Shown here: piece after piece, positions 35,345-48,378 of the stretch
Numbering within the stretch: position 1 is the first letter of the stretch
How the letters are laid out: each line of letters begins with the position of its first letter
Assembly: GCA_038087875.1 (NCBI GenBank)
Contig: JAXLNO010000563.1
Location: forward strand, 124,001-188,000
Direction: 5' to 3'
Source of the DNA: Malacoraja senta
Lineage: Eukaryota
Length of the DNA: 64,000 nucleotides
Translations under genes and position numbers: made by a program
Notes under the pieces: model-generated
Databases searched by the model: none
What the model saw: only the letters and a program-made list of their open reading frames with translations
What the model was told of the DNA's origin: nothing

Positions 35345-38300
35345 TATGCAATTATAATATTAATCTCCAAAGAGAACAGACAAGGAAAATTGTACAAACA
35401 ACAGACTGATATCAATTATAAATGTGGACTATAAATTATATTCTTCAATTATCTCCAAACGATTTGATGAAGACCAGACTGGTTTTATAGTAGGCAGACA
35501 AACACTGGACAGTATTAGAAGAACCCTACATATAATACACAAGATTCAAAAGGAAAGTACGCGCACTGTCCTGATAAGCCTAGATGCGGAGAAGGCTTTC
35601 GATTGGGTTAATTTGGAATTCTTATATCAAACACTAGAAAGATTTGGCTTTACCGACGATTCAATTCAAGTTATTAAAGCAATTTACCAGCAACCTACTG
35701 CAAGAGTAAAGGTGAATGGATCCTTAACTGAGAGATTTGTGTTAGGAAGAGGAACGAGACAGGGATGTTGTCTCAGCCCCACCCTGTTTTCTATATACAG
35801 TATATTGAACCATTTGCTCAAGCGATTCGTCAAGATAGGGAATTGAGGGGAGTAAGTATAAGAGACAGAGAATAGTAAGATTAAACGAGAACTTACCTAA
35901 GTTTGAAGTTTGATCTTTATTTTATGAGGAGTTACCTAGGTGATTACGTGAAGAAACCCGCCAGTGCGCCTTCGGGTCAATCTTCAAAGCAGCGGTGTGA
36001 AATCACAAAAAATAACAACCGAAGTAATATAGTCTCATAATAAAACGAGTAATACAAGAACTTCCATCTGACCTTTATGATAGAGGGTAGGGTCGTGGTG
36101 GGCACGTAATCACCTACGTAACTCCTCATAAAATAAAGATCAAACTTCAAACTTAGGTAAGTTCTCGTTTAATCTTACTATTTTACTTCGGAGTCACGTG
36201 AGTGACTACGTGAAGATTTTAAAGCTTTGTGATTTCATGCCGTGGATCAATCCCAGCTTCTCACTGCATAGATTGACTCGGAACGAGAATAATCAATCAT
36301 GCATTCATAATAACATTTGTACCACAAATGCAGTAATTCATTTCAATAATTAAATTAATCAGATCCCCTTTAAACCAGAGGAATTTACACAGAACTTAAA
36401 ATAGTTTCTGCAAATAACCCTGCATGAACAATAGGCCGATGGTAAAAATGTTGAAACATCAACTCATTGGACCACCCGGCGGCTGCGAGAATATTGTCGA
36501 CGGGGACGTCTTTTGCCCTGGCCGCCGACGTTTCTGCTGCCCTAGTCGAGTGAGACGTAAAAACATAAGTGTTAATACCAGCAGCTGTTAAGACTTCTTT
36601 TATCCATCTGGAAATAGTCTGTATTGAAACTCTCTTTTGTGGTTTCTTGTGTGTGATCATCAACCCAGTTTCCGTATTCTCAAATTCTTTGTGACCTCAA
36701 TGTATTGTAATAAATATGTCTTAATACAGAGACATGGATCATTTGGAGATGCTGCTAACATAATTTTAAATCCTGTCACACCTGGCCTAATTTAGGTCAT
36801 AGATATAGAATGTAGCCTTGTCTTCAGTTACTTCCATACTGTCTATTTGTAATTTTCCAAGTGTTTGCACTCGTTGTGCTGTCACTCATGCCATAAGCAT
36901 GAATACTTTCATACTGAGCTTGACCAAAGATAAAGACACACTTGATGACCATTCACAAAGTAGTTTCAGTACCACACTTACATCCCAGATTGTCACGTAC
37001 CTAGGTTTCGGTTGTTTGGAATTAAAGATTCCTTTCATTAGTCTGGAAACAATTGGGTGTGACCCAATTGGGTTTCTTTCTGAATCCAGAACCAAATATG
37101 AGGACAATGCACTTCTGGCTGAATTAATTGCACTACTACTCAGACCTTCATCATAATAAAGTTTTGACAGAAATTCTAAACATTTGAAATATCTGCAGTA
37201 CTTTATTGCACATTCTTTTGTACACAGAACTCTTCCCATTTCTTAATATAAGAAAGGTACTGTTTTTGAGTGCTCTTCCTCCAGGCTGCCGTAAGCATGT
37301 CCACAGTATGCTCAGACAGTCCTCGTCCCAGAAAAGGCATTCTTAAAACCTGCAAATCAACAAATCCAAACGATCATATAATGGATGTTGTTCCCCTGTA
37401 CAGGGTGCAGCAATAAATTACTCTTTTTTGGGACTTTCATCAACATTTGTGTTGTTAATTCTAATATCAACGGATACCATGGCTGTGTAGGCCAATCTGG
37501 TACTACCAATACCCTTCAAGCAGCATCTTGCCTGATTTTAAGCAAACATTGGTTTATGAGTCAGAAAGGTGGAAATATATATGAAAACATACCACCCCAA
37601 TGTAGCGAGAAAGCATCAATCGCCACTGCTCCTGGATCTGGTTTCCATGAGACATATCTCGATAGCTGATGATTCAAGTCTATGTCGGTCATTCCAAATC
37701 TGATTACTATATCATTGAATACCTCTTGATTCAACATCCATTCTTTATTATCATGGAACTTTCGTGACCTGGTGTCTGCTATCGTGTTCATTCTACCTGG
37801 TAGATAGATAGCTGAAATCCAAATGTTCTTTTCAATACACCAAGACCAAAGTTGATTTAACCATGTTGTCACATGATACCGACTTAATTCCACCCATATC
37901 ATTAATATAGGCAACTACTGTTGTGTTTATTAATTTGAACTTGAACCTTCCTTTTAGTTGGGTTAGAACCATAAGCTTGGAGTCCATAGAACCCTCCTAA
38001 AAGCTCCGAATAGGTAATTCCCCATGTCTGCAGTAACACTAACTTTTCCTGATTCCATCTGCCTCCGCAGCTTGGTGTTAAGTCAGTTGCACCCCATCCT
38101 AGTGCACTGGCATCAGTTTGTAATATCATGGAAGGTTGTTCAATCAGTACTTTGCCTGAACTGCTTGAGACATGTAGAATCCACCACTGTAGATTAGAAA
38201 CAGCATTTGTTGTTACTTGCATGGTTCTATCAAAATGACCAGCATTTACTCTCAGTGCCTGTTCTTTGATTCTCTGCAGCTGTTGATAATGTAATGGTCC

Positions 38301-40830
38301 ATATTGGACTGCTGGGAATCTACTAATTTTCCCAGTACTCGAGCCACCTCTCTGATTAGAGGTTTTTGCTCGTTTAACAGATTACTGCAATCTTTAATCA
38401 ACTCCACCCTTTTTTCACTGGGCAAAGTAATTTGCATTTGGGCTAAATCAATTGTGAACCCCAAATAATCAATCGAGGTACATGTTTTTAACCTTGATTT
38501 CTTTGGATGAATTTAGAAACCCCCAAACTTTCAAAAGTTTGATTTTATTACTGCAACCGATGCTTCTGTTGACTGTTTTGTCCTTCCTATAATCAGGACA
38601 TCATCCAGGTATGCCATTAATACATGCCCCTGGCTCTCAGCAACCCCAGAATTGATTTTAACAATTTTATGAATATTCTGGGAGGGAACGTTAACCCATT
38701 AGGCAGAGCTTTGAACTGCCCTAATTGGTTCATCCATGTAAATTTAAGATACTTCATATCTTGCAAGTGAACAGACACTGAACAAAAGGATTCAGATTTG
38801 TCAAGTCTATAATAATCCTACATCCTCCATCCTTTTTTGATCGAGGGAATATATTTGACCCAAATTGGTGAATTTGGTAGACTGATTCTTCAATAACACC
38901 TTTTATATATAGGGTTTTGAAGCGCAACTTGAACCTCCATTACTTCGCAAAGTGGAGAGTTCTGCTAGGAACATGCTGGACAGGCAAATCATAATTTGGA
39001 TTGAATTCAAATCGAAATCCTTGTATATTATTCAGAATTACCACATCTGAAGTAATCTTCTTCCAATATTTATAGAAGAGACGTAATCTGCCTCCAACTT
39101 TTGGACTTAATCCAGTTAGTATGTTCCCCTGAGAACCAGGTCTACCTACCTCTTGAGTCATTTGAGTATTCTGAGATCCCTGGATTCTCCCGGAAGCACC
39201 ACCACTGGTCCTTACTCCCGCTGCAGGCCGCCAGCTACGTCCCTGCGTTGATGAGCGACTTGGTCCTGGTCTAGGATCCGTATGACGTCTGAAAGGATAC
39301 TTCCTCTTTACAGACTTTGCAACCATTGATGTTTTTATCAATCCTGTTTTCTCTTCATCTTCCAACTCTTTAATACGTCTCCCGAGATCCTCTCCAAAGA
39401 GTAAGTTGGGTAATTGTATATTACTTGGTTTGCAGAGTGCTGCGAATTTCGGATTCATAGTAGGCCGTATAGCACTTTTCTCAGATAATTGATCTCGAAG
39501 TGGGTGCTGCATAGCAACCCCAGTGCTTCCTGATGCAACTTCGTCATCTCTTGGCTGTTACCTGCTATTCTGGTAAAAGCAGTTATTCCAGAACCCAGCA
39601 GCTTTAATATTCTCTGCAACTGATTCCAGATAATTTGGTTCACTGCTGCTGCTTTCAGCAACCCACAGTTACTTGGGGTCTCCTGCTTTCTTGCAGTCTC
39701 ATCCATCTCCTGCTGTTCCAGCTGATGGTAAACCAAGTAATTTATTAAGGAGGCCAGTTCTTCTCCTAATGGCTCTCCTGACACTGACGGGGCAGCGAAT
39801 CCTACTGCCAGGGGTGGAACATCTGGCAGCTGCCGTTCATCGCCTTGTACAGCCTCACCGCAGAGTCGGGGTCTGAAATCTCATGACCCGTAGCACGCTC
39901 CTCATCCCTGAGGGTGCATTCCATCAGCCCTGAGCCAGGTGCTTCCTGCAGCTTGGATTTCAGTACACTCCTTCCTGAGTGAACTTTGCTCCAACAGCCT
40001 ATGGAAAAGGCTTTCTATTTGGGCAATACGCTCGAAAGCAGTATCTAGCCCTGTACCAGGAGCTGTTTGAGCTGCTTCCAGCAGCTTGGCTTTCAGTACA
40101 CTCCTCCCTGAGTGAACTTTGCTCCAACAGCCTATGTAAAAGGCTTTCTATTTGGGCAATACGCGCGAAAGCAGTATCTAGCCCTGGAGCTACTTCCATT
40201 GCCTGGGACTCCCTCCATGGGCCGTTGGGATTTAAATTTTGTCTTTTGCCCGACAGGCGCTGACTGTGTTTTCACCAGCCCCAGGTCCACAGTCGCTATG
40301 CTCACCGCTGGCGACTGTACCGGGGTTTAGAGGCGGTTGGTCTCTAACCGCGGACTCCCGACTTTCCCGACTTTCTGTCGGCTGTGTCGCTCGCCTCTTC
40401 CCCCTGCCCGTTTTTTCCATAGCGTCTGTGGAAAAAATCCCCATAGACCCACAGTAAACGGACCTGGAAAACATGAAAAAAGTTTCTACTTACCTTGTAG
40501 TTGAAAAACTACAAACCACTGGAGGAGCTCTGCTCCTCACGTCCGTTTGCGTCAAGGCATCTGACGTAATGATGCGCAGGCGCACTGGCGGGGTTCTTCA
40601 CGTAGTCACTCACGTGACTCCGAAGTAAAACATAAAATTGGCCTTTTGGCAGATGACGTAATGATGTATCTCACGGAAGTAAACACCTCCTTTCCAAGGA
40701 TGATGGGGATCATAGAGAAATTTAATTTTTATGCAGGATATAAAGTGAATATTTCAAAAACTCAAACCCTCCTATTTTATTGTGCTCCTGCAGAAGAAAT
40801 CAAGCAAAAGTATAATATTAAATGGAATTC
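35345..40830 (+). mobile_element. L1-clade RT fragment (35345-35872 plus 40631-40830) split by DIRS #2
   Basis: SLDAEKAFD and RGTRQGCCLSPTLF; removing DIRS #2 restores ELRGVSIRDRE|HKIGLLADDV in frame. Confidence 0.9.
35873..40630 (-). mobile_element. DIRS retrotransposon #2, full length and decayed
   Basis: YR HSTRAAETS, MT DAFSLHWGG...FPPF, RH LQTDASALGWGA, RT AYLDD near 38610, gag; termini and ICR at 36105-36215; about 133-bp tandem duplication at 39935-40190. Confidence 0.95.
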
Positions 40831-40927
40831 AATGATCACACAGGATCAGGACCAAGCTTAGAATACCTGTGATTTGACTGCGTGAAGAACAAGCTGCAGG
40901 CTCTCTCTGGTCTCTCGGGTTTGTTAA

Positions 40928-41162
40928 GGGCCTGTCCCACTTTCACGACCTAATTCACAACCTTTTTTACTTGTGGACATTTTTCAACATGTTGAATAAA
41001 TGCCCCGACCTACTTGATGCCACGAGTACCTATGATTAGCATGACGACCTGCTACGACCTAACTACAACCTCCTGCGACCTCGTGACGACCATGCTTCCA
41101 GTATAAGTCAAGGGCAAACTTGGCAGAGGTCGTGAATTAGATCGTGAAAGTGGGACAGGCCC
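40928..41162. mobile_element. MITE (PIF/Harbinger-like)
   Basis: TIRs gggcctgtcccactttcacga and tcgtgaaagtgggacaggccc in a TA-rich context; not present in the left arm. Confidence 0.75.
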
Positions 41163-42295
41163 TATAACTTTTGCTGGACAGCGAGGTCTGGGGAAGGTGG
41201 AGTCAGCAGTGACGATGGTCATGGGTTTGTGAGTGATGGGGGAGTGGTGTTCGCAATCCACCAGCATCCAAATCTGAGATCTGGACCTCCTCATCCACGG
41301 TTCAGTCTGAATCACCAACTGAAATGGAGTAGGTAGTCAGAGACATATGATAAACCACTTAGGAATTTGAACCCGAGCATAGTGTAAAAGAGGAAAATCC
41401 ATTCTTCCCCACTATCAGACCTTCCTGATGCCTTTTGCAGAATTGATCACCGTCAGCTGATCAAATATTACCTACTTTACATGATAAACGTTTGGGAAGC
41501 TGCCTTTTACTTTGTGAACAAGTAAAGGAAGAAGGAATGACGGGGGTGAGTCTTTGATTTTGTTGGCTCTTTTTCCAAGGCAGTGTGAAGTGGAGATGAA
41601 GTCAATTGTGGTGAATCTGGTCTGTTTGATGGACTGGGCTACATCTACACTCTCTGTAATTTCTTGTGGTCTTTGGCAGAGCTTTTCCCAAACCAACTCC
41701 ATCATCTTGCTGACGTTGAGGGAGAGGTCATTGTCCTGACACTATACTACTGAGCTCTCTGTCTATTTTTCCGGTAGATCTCCATCTCATTATTGTTCAT
41801 AATCCTGCCCACCACAGAGATGCCACCTGAAGACTTGTAGATGGAGTTAGAGCAGAAACTGGCTGCACAGTGGTGAGTGTAAGGGGATGTCCAGACTACA
41901 TTGACTTCCCCAACTTCAAGTAACTCATATCTCACTCACTCTCTCTGTATCAGTGTGGCTATTTCTGCTCTGGGTCATCCATCTGTGATGTTGGTTCAGA
42001 TTCTCTCTCTCCATTACCCCAGCCTGAACAGCTGGGTCTGCCCCACAGACCCGCTCTTAGGCACATGCAACACAGACAAGGAAGCATAATGAGTTTCTAA
42101 TTGCACCTATTTGCCCATTTCATCTGCTCTCCCCTTTCACAGATACTCCCTCTGTTCCATCCATACCACCTTCCATATTCTCTACAATTAAAAACTAACT
42201 TTACACACTTGCTCTTTTCTTATTTTTCAATTGTGAGAAATACAATTTCCAGGTATACTGGAAAGCACAGTGAGGAGTGGGGTTGTTGGATATAA

Positions 42296-45200
42296 TAGTA
42301 AGACTAAACAAGAACTTACCAGTTTGAAGTTTGATCTTTATTTTATGAGGAGTTACGATGAGCGATTACGTGAAGAACCCCGCCAGTCCACTAGCGCGTC
42401 AATCTTCAAAGCAGCGGTGTGAAATCACTGGTAACAGTAATTGAAGTAACATGGCAAGATTAGAAACCTAGAACTATCAGATGACCTTTGTGATATGAGG
42501 GTTGGGAGTGGTGGGCACGTAATCGCTCATCGTAACTCCTCATAAAATAAAGATCAAACTTCAAACTGGTAAGTTCTCATTTAATCTTACTATTTTGCTT
42601 CGGAGTCACGTGAGTGATTCCGTGAAGATTTCAAAGCTCTGTGATTTCATGCCATAGATACGAATTCAGGCGTCTCACTGCATCAATTGACCCAGGATGA
42701 GTGAATAATAAACAATGCATTGAACCATGGCATTGATTTGAACATGTTGATGGTTTATTTAACAAAGAAAAAACAATAGCGACCCCTCTCTCCCAGTGGG
42801 AAGCTATGAAACAGAACTTAAAATGGAATGGGCGAATGCCCCCGGTTCGGTAAGCGGTTTGTTATAGAATCTTTGAAAAGTCAGTTCATTTGACCATCCT
42901 GCGGCCGCGAGGATATGGTCGAGAGGGATGTCCATTGCCCTCGCTGCTGACGTTGATGCCGCCCTTGTGGAGTGAGATTTAAAATTGTCAGTGTCTACTC
43001 CTGCACAAACCAGATCCTGGTTCAGCCATCTTGAAATGGTCTGTACCGACACTTTCTCATGCGGCTTTTTTTGGCTAATAAATAATGCTCATTCCGAGCC
43101 TCTGAGGCTCTTGGTGACCTTGATATAATGTTGCAAGTGCGAAACTACACACAGTCGTAAATCCGTGGGGTATGCCGAAAAATTAAGCTTAAATCCTGAC
43201 ATCCCTGGTCTGCTCTGCTTAATTAAATCATAAACGAAAAACCTTATGTTATTTCCAGATGACACCATCCTGTTCAATCGCAGCTTCTGCAACGTCTGGA
43301 CCGTTGCGCTGAAACCAGCACCATGAGCATGACCACCTTAAGGGTGATTTGGGGCAAAGACAGGGATGTGGCTGGAGCCCACTAGCGAAGCAGCGTGAGT
43401 ACCACATTCACATCCCAGATTTCAGAGTACCTGGGCCTGGAGGGATTGGAATTAAAAATACCCTTCATAAACCGGGATATTAAAGGGTGAGATCCAACAG
43501 AATGTTGATCTGATCCCAGCCATAAGTATGATGACAGGGCTCTCCTGGCACTATTGATGGCACTATAGCTCAACCCTTCATCAAAATATAGCGTTGACAG
43601 AAACTATAGCACATCTGAGATGCATGCCGTGTGATATGTTATGTTCCCCCATAAACAGAACACCTCCCATTTCCTGACATGAGAGATGTACTGTTTTTTG
43701 GTACTATCCCTCCAGGCCGCAGTGATCACATCCACGTTATGATCGGATAGTCCAAGCCCCAGGTATGGCCTCCTCAGAATCTGCAAATCAATAGATCAAT
43801 ACAGTCATGTAATGGATGTTGATCCCCAGTTACAGGGTGCACCAGTAGGTCACTACATTTCGGGACAGTCATAAGAGGCTGTGGTATTATCCCCAAAATG
43901 AGTGGGAACCATGGCTATGTAGGCCAGTCGGGTACCACCAAAACTCCTGAGGCGGAGTCCTGCTTGATCTTGAGCAAGCACCGACTGATGAGGCAAAATG
44001 GGGGAAATGCATATAAAAACATTCCACCCCAGTGTAGCGAGAATGCATCTACCGCTACTGCCCCTGGGTCTGGTTCCCATGAAACATACTTCAGTAACTG
44101 GTGATTGAGTCTGGATGCAAACAAATCAATATCTGGCATCCCATACCGAACAACAATATCATTAAATACATCATGATTCAACATCCATTCTGTGTTGTCA
44201 TTGAATTTGCGTGACCTGGTGTCTACCACCATGTTGAATCTACCTGGTAGGTAGATAGCTGAAACCCAAATGTTTCTTGTAATACACCAGTGCCAAATAA
44301 TGTTAGCCAATCTATCACAAGATTCCGACTTGATTCCACCCATGTGATTAACATACGCCACTGCCGTAGTGTTGTCAATCTGAAGCTGAACATGCAAGTG
44401 ACGCATACAAGTACAATAAGCCTTAAGACCATAGAATGCTCCCAACAGTTCTAAATAGTTAATCCCATGTGATTGAAGAATAAATGCCTCATGCATATTC
44501 CATCTGCCTCCACATCTAGAGATGGTATCAGTAGCATCCCATCCTAGGGCACTAACATCAGTCTGTAAGACAACTGAAGGTTTCTCAATCAGAACTTTAC
44601 TAGAGCAACTCTAGTAAATGTTCACTATCCACCACTGCACTTCAGCAATGGCTTCAGCTGGTAATTGCATGGGCCTGTCAAAATGACCTGCATGTATCCT
44701 GAGTGCCTGCTCCTTTGCACATTGTAAATTTTGGTAATGCAATGGTCCAAACTGTGCAGCTGGAAAGGCAGCCACTAATTTGCCAATCACGCTGGCCACA
44801 TGTCTAATTGAAGGTTGCTGCTCCACCATGAGCTTGTCACAGCCTTCAATTAAGTCTAATCTCTTGCACCTGGGCAGAGTCACAGACACGTGAGTTGAGT
44901 TAATAGTGAATCCCAAATAATCAATAACTCTAACTGGTATCAATTTGGATTTAACTGGATGGATGAGAAACCCCAATCTCTCAAACATGTGTTTAACAGC
45001 TGACACAGATAATTCAGCTGTTTCCCGAGTCTTCCCTATGATTAAGCTATCATCCAAATAAGCCATTACAATATGACTGAGCCCGGAGTAGCCCCAGCAA
45101 TGGTTTTAACAGTTTTGTAAATAGTCTCGGGGCCGAGGTTAACCCATTAGGCAGTGCTTTAAATTGCCATAATTGCCTCATCCATCTAAACTTCAAATAT

Positions 45201-46763
45201 CTCCGATGATCCCTATGAACAGGCACTGAATAATATGCATCTTTAAGATTATACATGCCATATAACATCCTCTGGAAATCAGTTGTTTGGCAGTAACAAA
45301 GGTTTCCATTTTGAAATGTTTATACTGCACAAAGGGGTTAAGGCTCGTCAAGTCAAGGATGATTCGACATCCCCCATCCTTCTTTGGCCTAGGAAAAATA
45401 TTAGACACAAATTGGTGAGGTTGGTGAACCGCCTTCTCAATTACCCCTTTTTTGTATAACTTTTCAATTTCAGCTTGTACCTCCAAATTATCTTTTTGTG
45501 AGAAAATGAGTGTCTGGGTTGGTGTATGCTGTGTGGGTGGCGCAAATTGAGAAGGAATTCAATTCGAAACCCTTGTATACTGTGCAGTATAAGCGAATCT
45601 GATGTTTTCCCATACCATTCCTTCAAAAAGAAGTGTAATCTCCCCCCAACTTGTAGGTGATTCCCTCTTAATATGTTCCGACAAGAACCAGACCCACCTA
45701 CCTCCATGGTTACTGGTGGAATTTTCTGCCCCCTGTTTCTGGGGGGTAAGGACATGTTCGCCCGTGCCCCTGTTGGAGTGCGCTAGCTGTGCATATTTAT
45801 GAATGGCCAGCTTGGTCCTTGCCCTGAACCGGTTTCAGCGAACCCTTTGTAGTGGTGCTGCTGCCGAAATGAGGTTCTGCTGGTCGTCGGTGCTTTGATG
45901 AGTCCGACCGTTCTTGGTTCGTCGTCCAGCTCATTGACACTTTTAGAGAGGTCTTCACCGAACAGCAGATTTGGTGGCTGGATATTGCTGGGTTTGCACA
46001 GAGCCGCGAACTTAGGGTTGATAGTAGGGCGGATGGCACTCTTTCTCAGGCAATTTATCTCAAAGTGTGCATTGCACATGAGGGCCAGGGCATCCTGCTG
46101 CACATCAGACAGGTGGCCTCCATCCACCGACCTGGCGAACGCTGTAATGCCCGAGGCGAGCAGCTTCACAACCCTCTGAAGCCTCAGTTCCTGAGCTCTG
46201 ATGCCTACGCCCATATGACCCCAGATGGCATGGTTAACCGCCGGCACTTTGAGCAGGATACAGTTACAGTTTTTCTGGACGTTTCATCCATAGTATGCTC
46301 TTGAAGCTGGTGTGAGGCCAGGTAGTTTATACTTGCAGCCAACTCTTCAACCAGCGGCTTGCTGCCAGGACTGGTACCTCTGGCTCGTTCCCTTCATCCC
46401 TTGGGGTATGCTCCACGGCTAAACCCACAGACACGGCGTCAGAATAAAACTGACTCCGCATGCTCTCCTCCTCCAAGAGGGAGACATTAAGCAGCCCTGA
46501 TACCCGCCGAAGAGACCCGTGCTGACACAACTCCTCCTGTTGGAGTGGATCTTGGTGGAGCATCCTCTCCATTAGGTGCTCCATCCTGCACAAACGTCCA
46601 AAGACGTTATCCATTACCGGAGGGGAACCCTTCCGGCCTGACTCATCCGAGTCTATGGGCCGTGCAGACTTTTTTGTGGCTTTCCGCCCCAATGGTGCAG
46701 CTACGGTGCTCTCGGACACGAAGTCTGAAATCACTGGCCGTACCGCGTGACTCCGAAGTAAAA
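42296..46763 (-). mobile_element. DIRS retrotransposon #3 with a deletion just inside its 5' terminus
   Basis: YR HSTRAASTS, MT DIDLFASRLN...YAFPPF, RH, RT MAYLDD and LPNGL, gag; ICR at 42515-42630; only about 20 bp of the 5' terminus remain. Confidence 0.95.
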
Positions 46764-48378
46764 TGGGTCGGTTCTTGCACAAATACCTGGAACAATTGTT
46801 CAGACATCCATGGAATCAGCAGCCAGAGTGTTAATTCCACCAAGACCATCACAACGATAGAACCAGGCAGCATTTCCATATCAGCTCTTGTTTCAGCTGG
46901 CAATATACGTTCTTACCTGAAGGGCACTAGATCAAAAGACATCTTTATAAATGTGTGAAATTTGCTTAACTTAGTGCAGAGTGATATGACCCGTCTGGAA
47001 ATTAGTCTCGATGTTCTGGCAGGTGTTTGTCCTCATTTGCACCTTATTTCCCAGCATTTATATCCCAAATCACTACTAAACACCTCACATACAAAACATA
47101 TCTCCTCTGTACCTTTCAACCTGAATTGTCCGAGTACTGAAATAGAGCAGTCTATTTCGACAAACACATTGAAGACCCTCGGACTATCTAGAATCAGACT
47201 CTACTGAATTTTATCGTGCACTCAACGATATTCCCTGTCCTGTATCTGTATTCTGTGGACGGCTTTATTTTGATCATGTATAGTCTTCTGCTGACTGGAT
47301 AGCACACAACAAAAAAGCTTTTTACTGTACCTTGGTAGTCTACGTGACAATAATACTAAACTAAACTAAACCACTCCTCACAGATTATGTCACACTCTTG
47401 CATCAGAGGCCTCACATAATTGGCATGTTCAAACCCAAAAAATCTTTACATTTTTCCTTCAGTTCTCACGGAATGTAGAATACAGAGGGGCATTAGTCTG
47501 CAGAGGTGGTGGTCTCATCGCAGCCCATCATGGACACAGCCATATCCACCATGAAAAGCACCTACATGAAGTGTTGCCTCAGGAAGGTGACATCTATCAT
47601 CAAGCTCCTCGCCATCTGGGTCAGGTCCTTTCTCACTGATGAGTTGGGCAGGAGGTACTGAAGCCTGAAGTTACCAAGCACTCTTCACAGGAGGTTGCTA
47701 GGGAAGTCTCTGATTTTTCTACATGAATCCACCTCTCTTCATCAGGCTGTGAAATTCCCAGTGACGTAATAACAGTGGTGGGTTGTTCCATATGTTACAA
47801 CTCATCCTCTCTCCCAGAACACTATCGTTGTCCTCACATTCAGCACTCCAAGGGTTAATGATTCCAAATTCCAGCATCCTTGGTTGTAGGAAGGATGCTG
47901 GTTTATACCGAAGATCGACAATAAATGCTGGTGTAACAGGCAGCATCTCCGGAGAAGAGGAATGGGTGACGTTTCGGGTTGAGACCCTCCTTCAGACTGG
48001 ATGTCAGGGGAGACGGAAACTAGAACTATGAAAAGGTTCTGTACCTGCTGTGTCTATCTCCAACATACATGGACTCAGTTTACTCAGAGTCTCCACATCC
48101 TCACTCCCTCTGGATTTTGTCCCAATGGAAAAGGGAGGGCAGGAATCTTGCCGGATCACATCATATCCAGATCATTGACTACACAATTATTTCCTTTTTC
48201 AGTCTAAAAATAATGTCTCAGCTGAAAGTAAATCATCTCATGAAAAACATCAAGTATTATTTTAATTCAGGGAAAGATGAAAGATTGTTGATCAAAGTTT
48301 GTTGAGTTTGGCAATATTGGAAATATTACATCTAACAACGTGACCCATGAGTGGGGAGAATAGATGGCAAGTGTGAAT

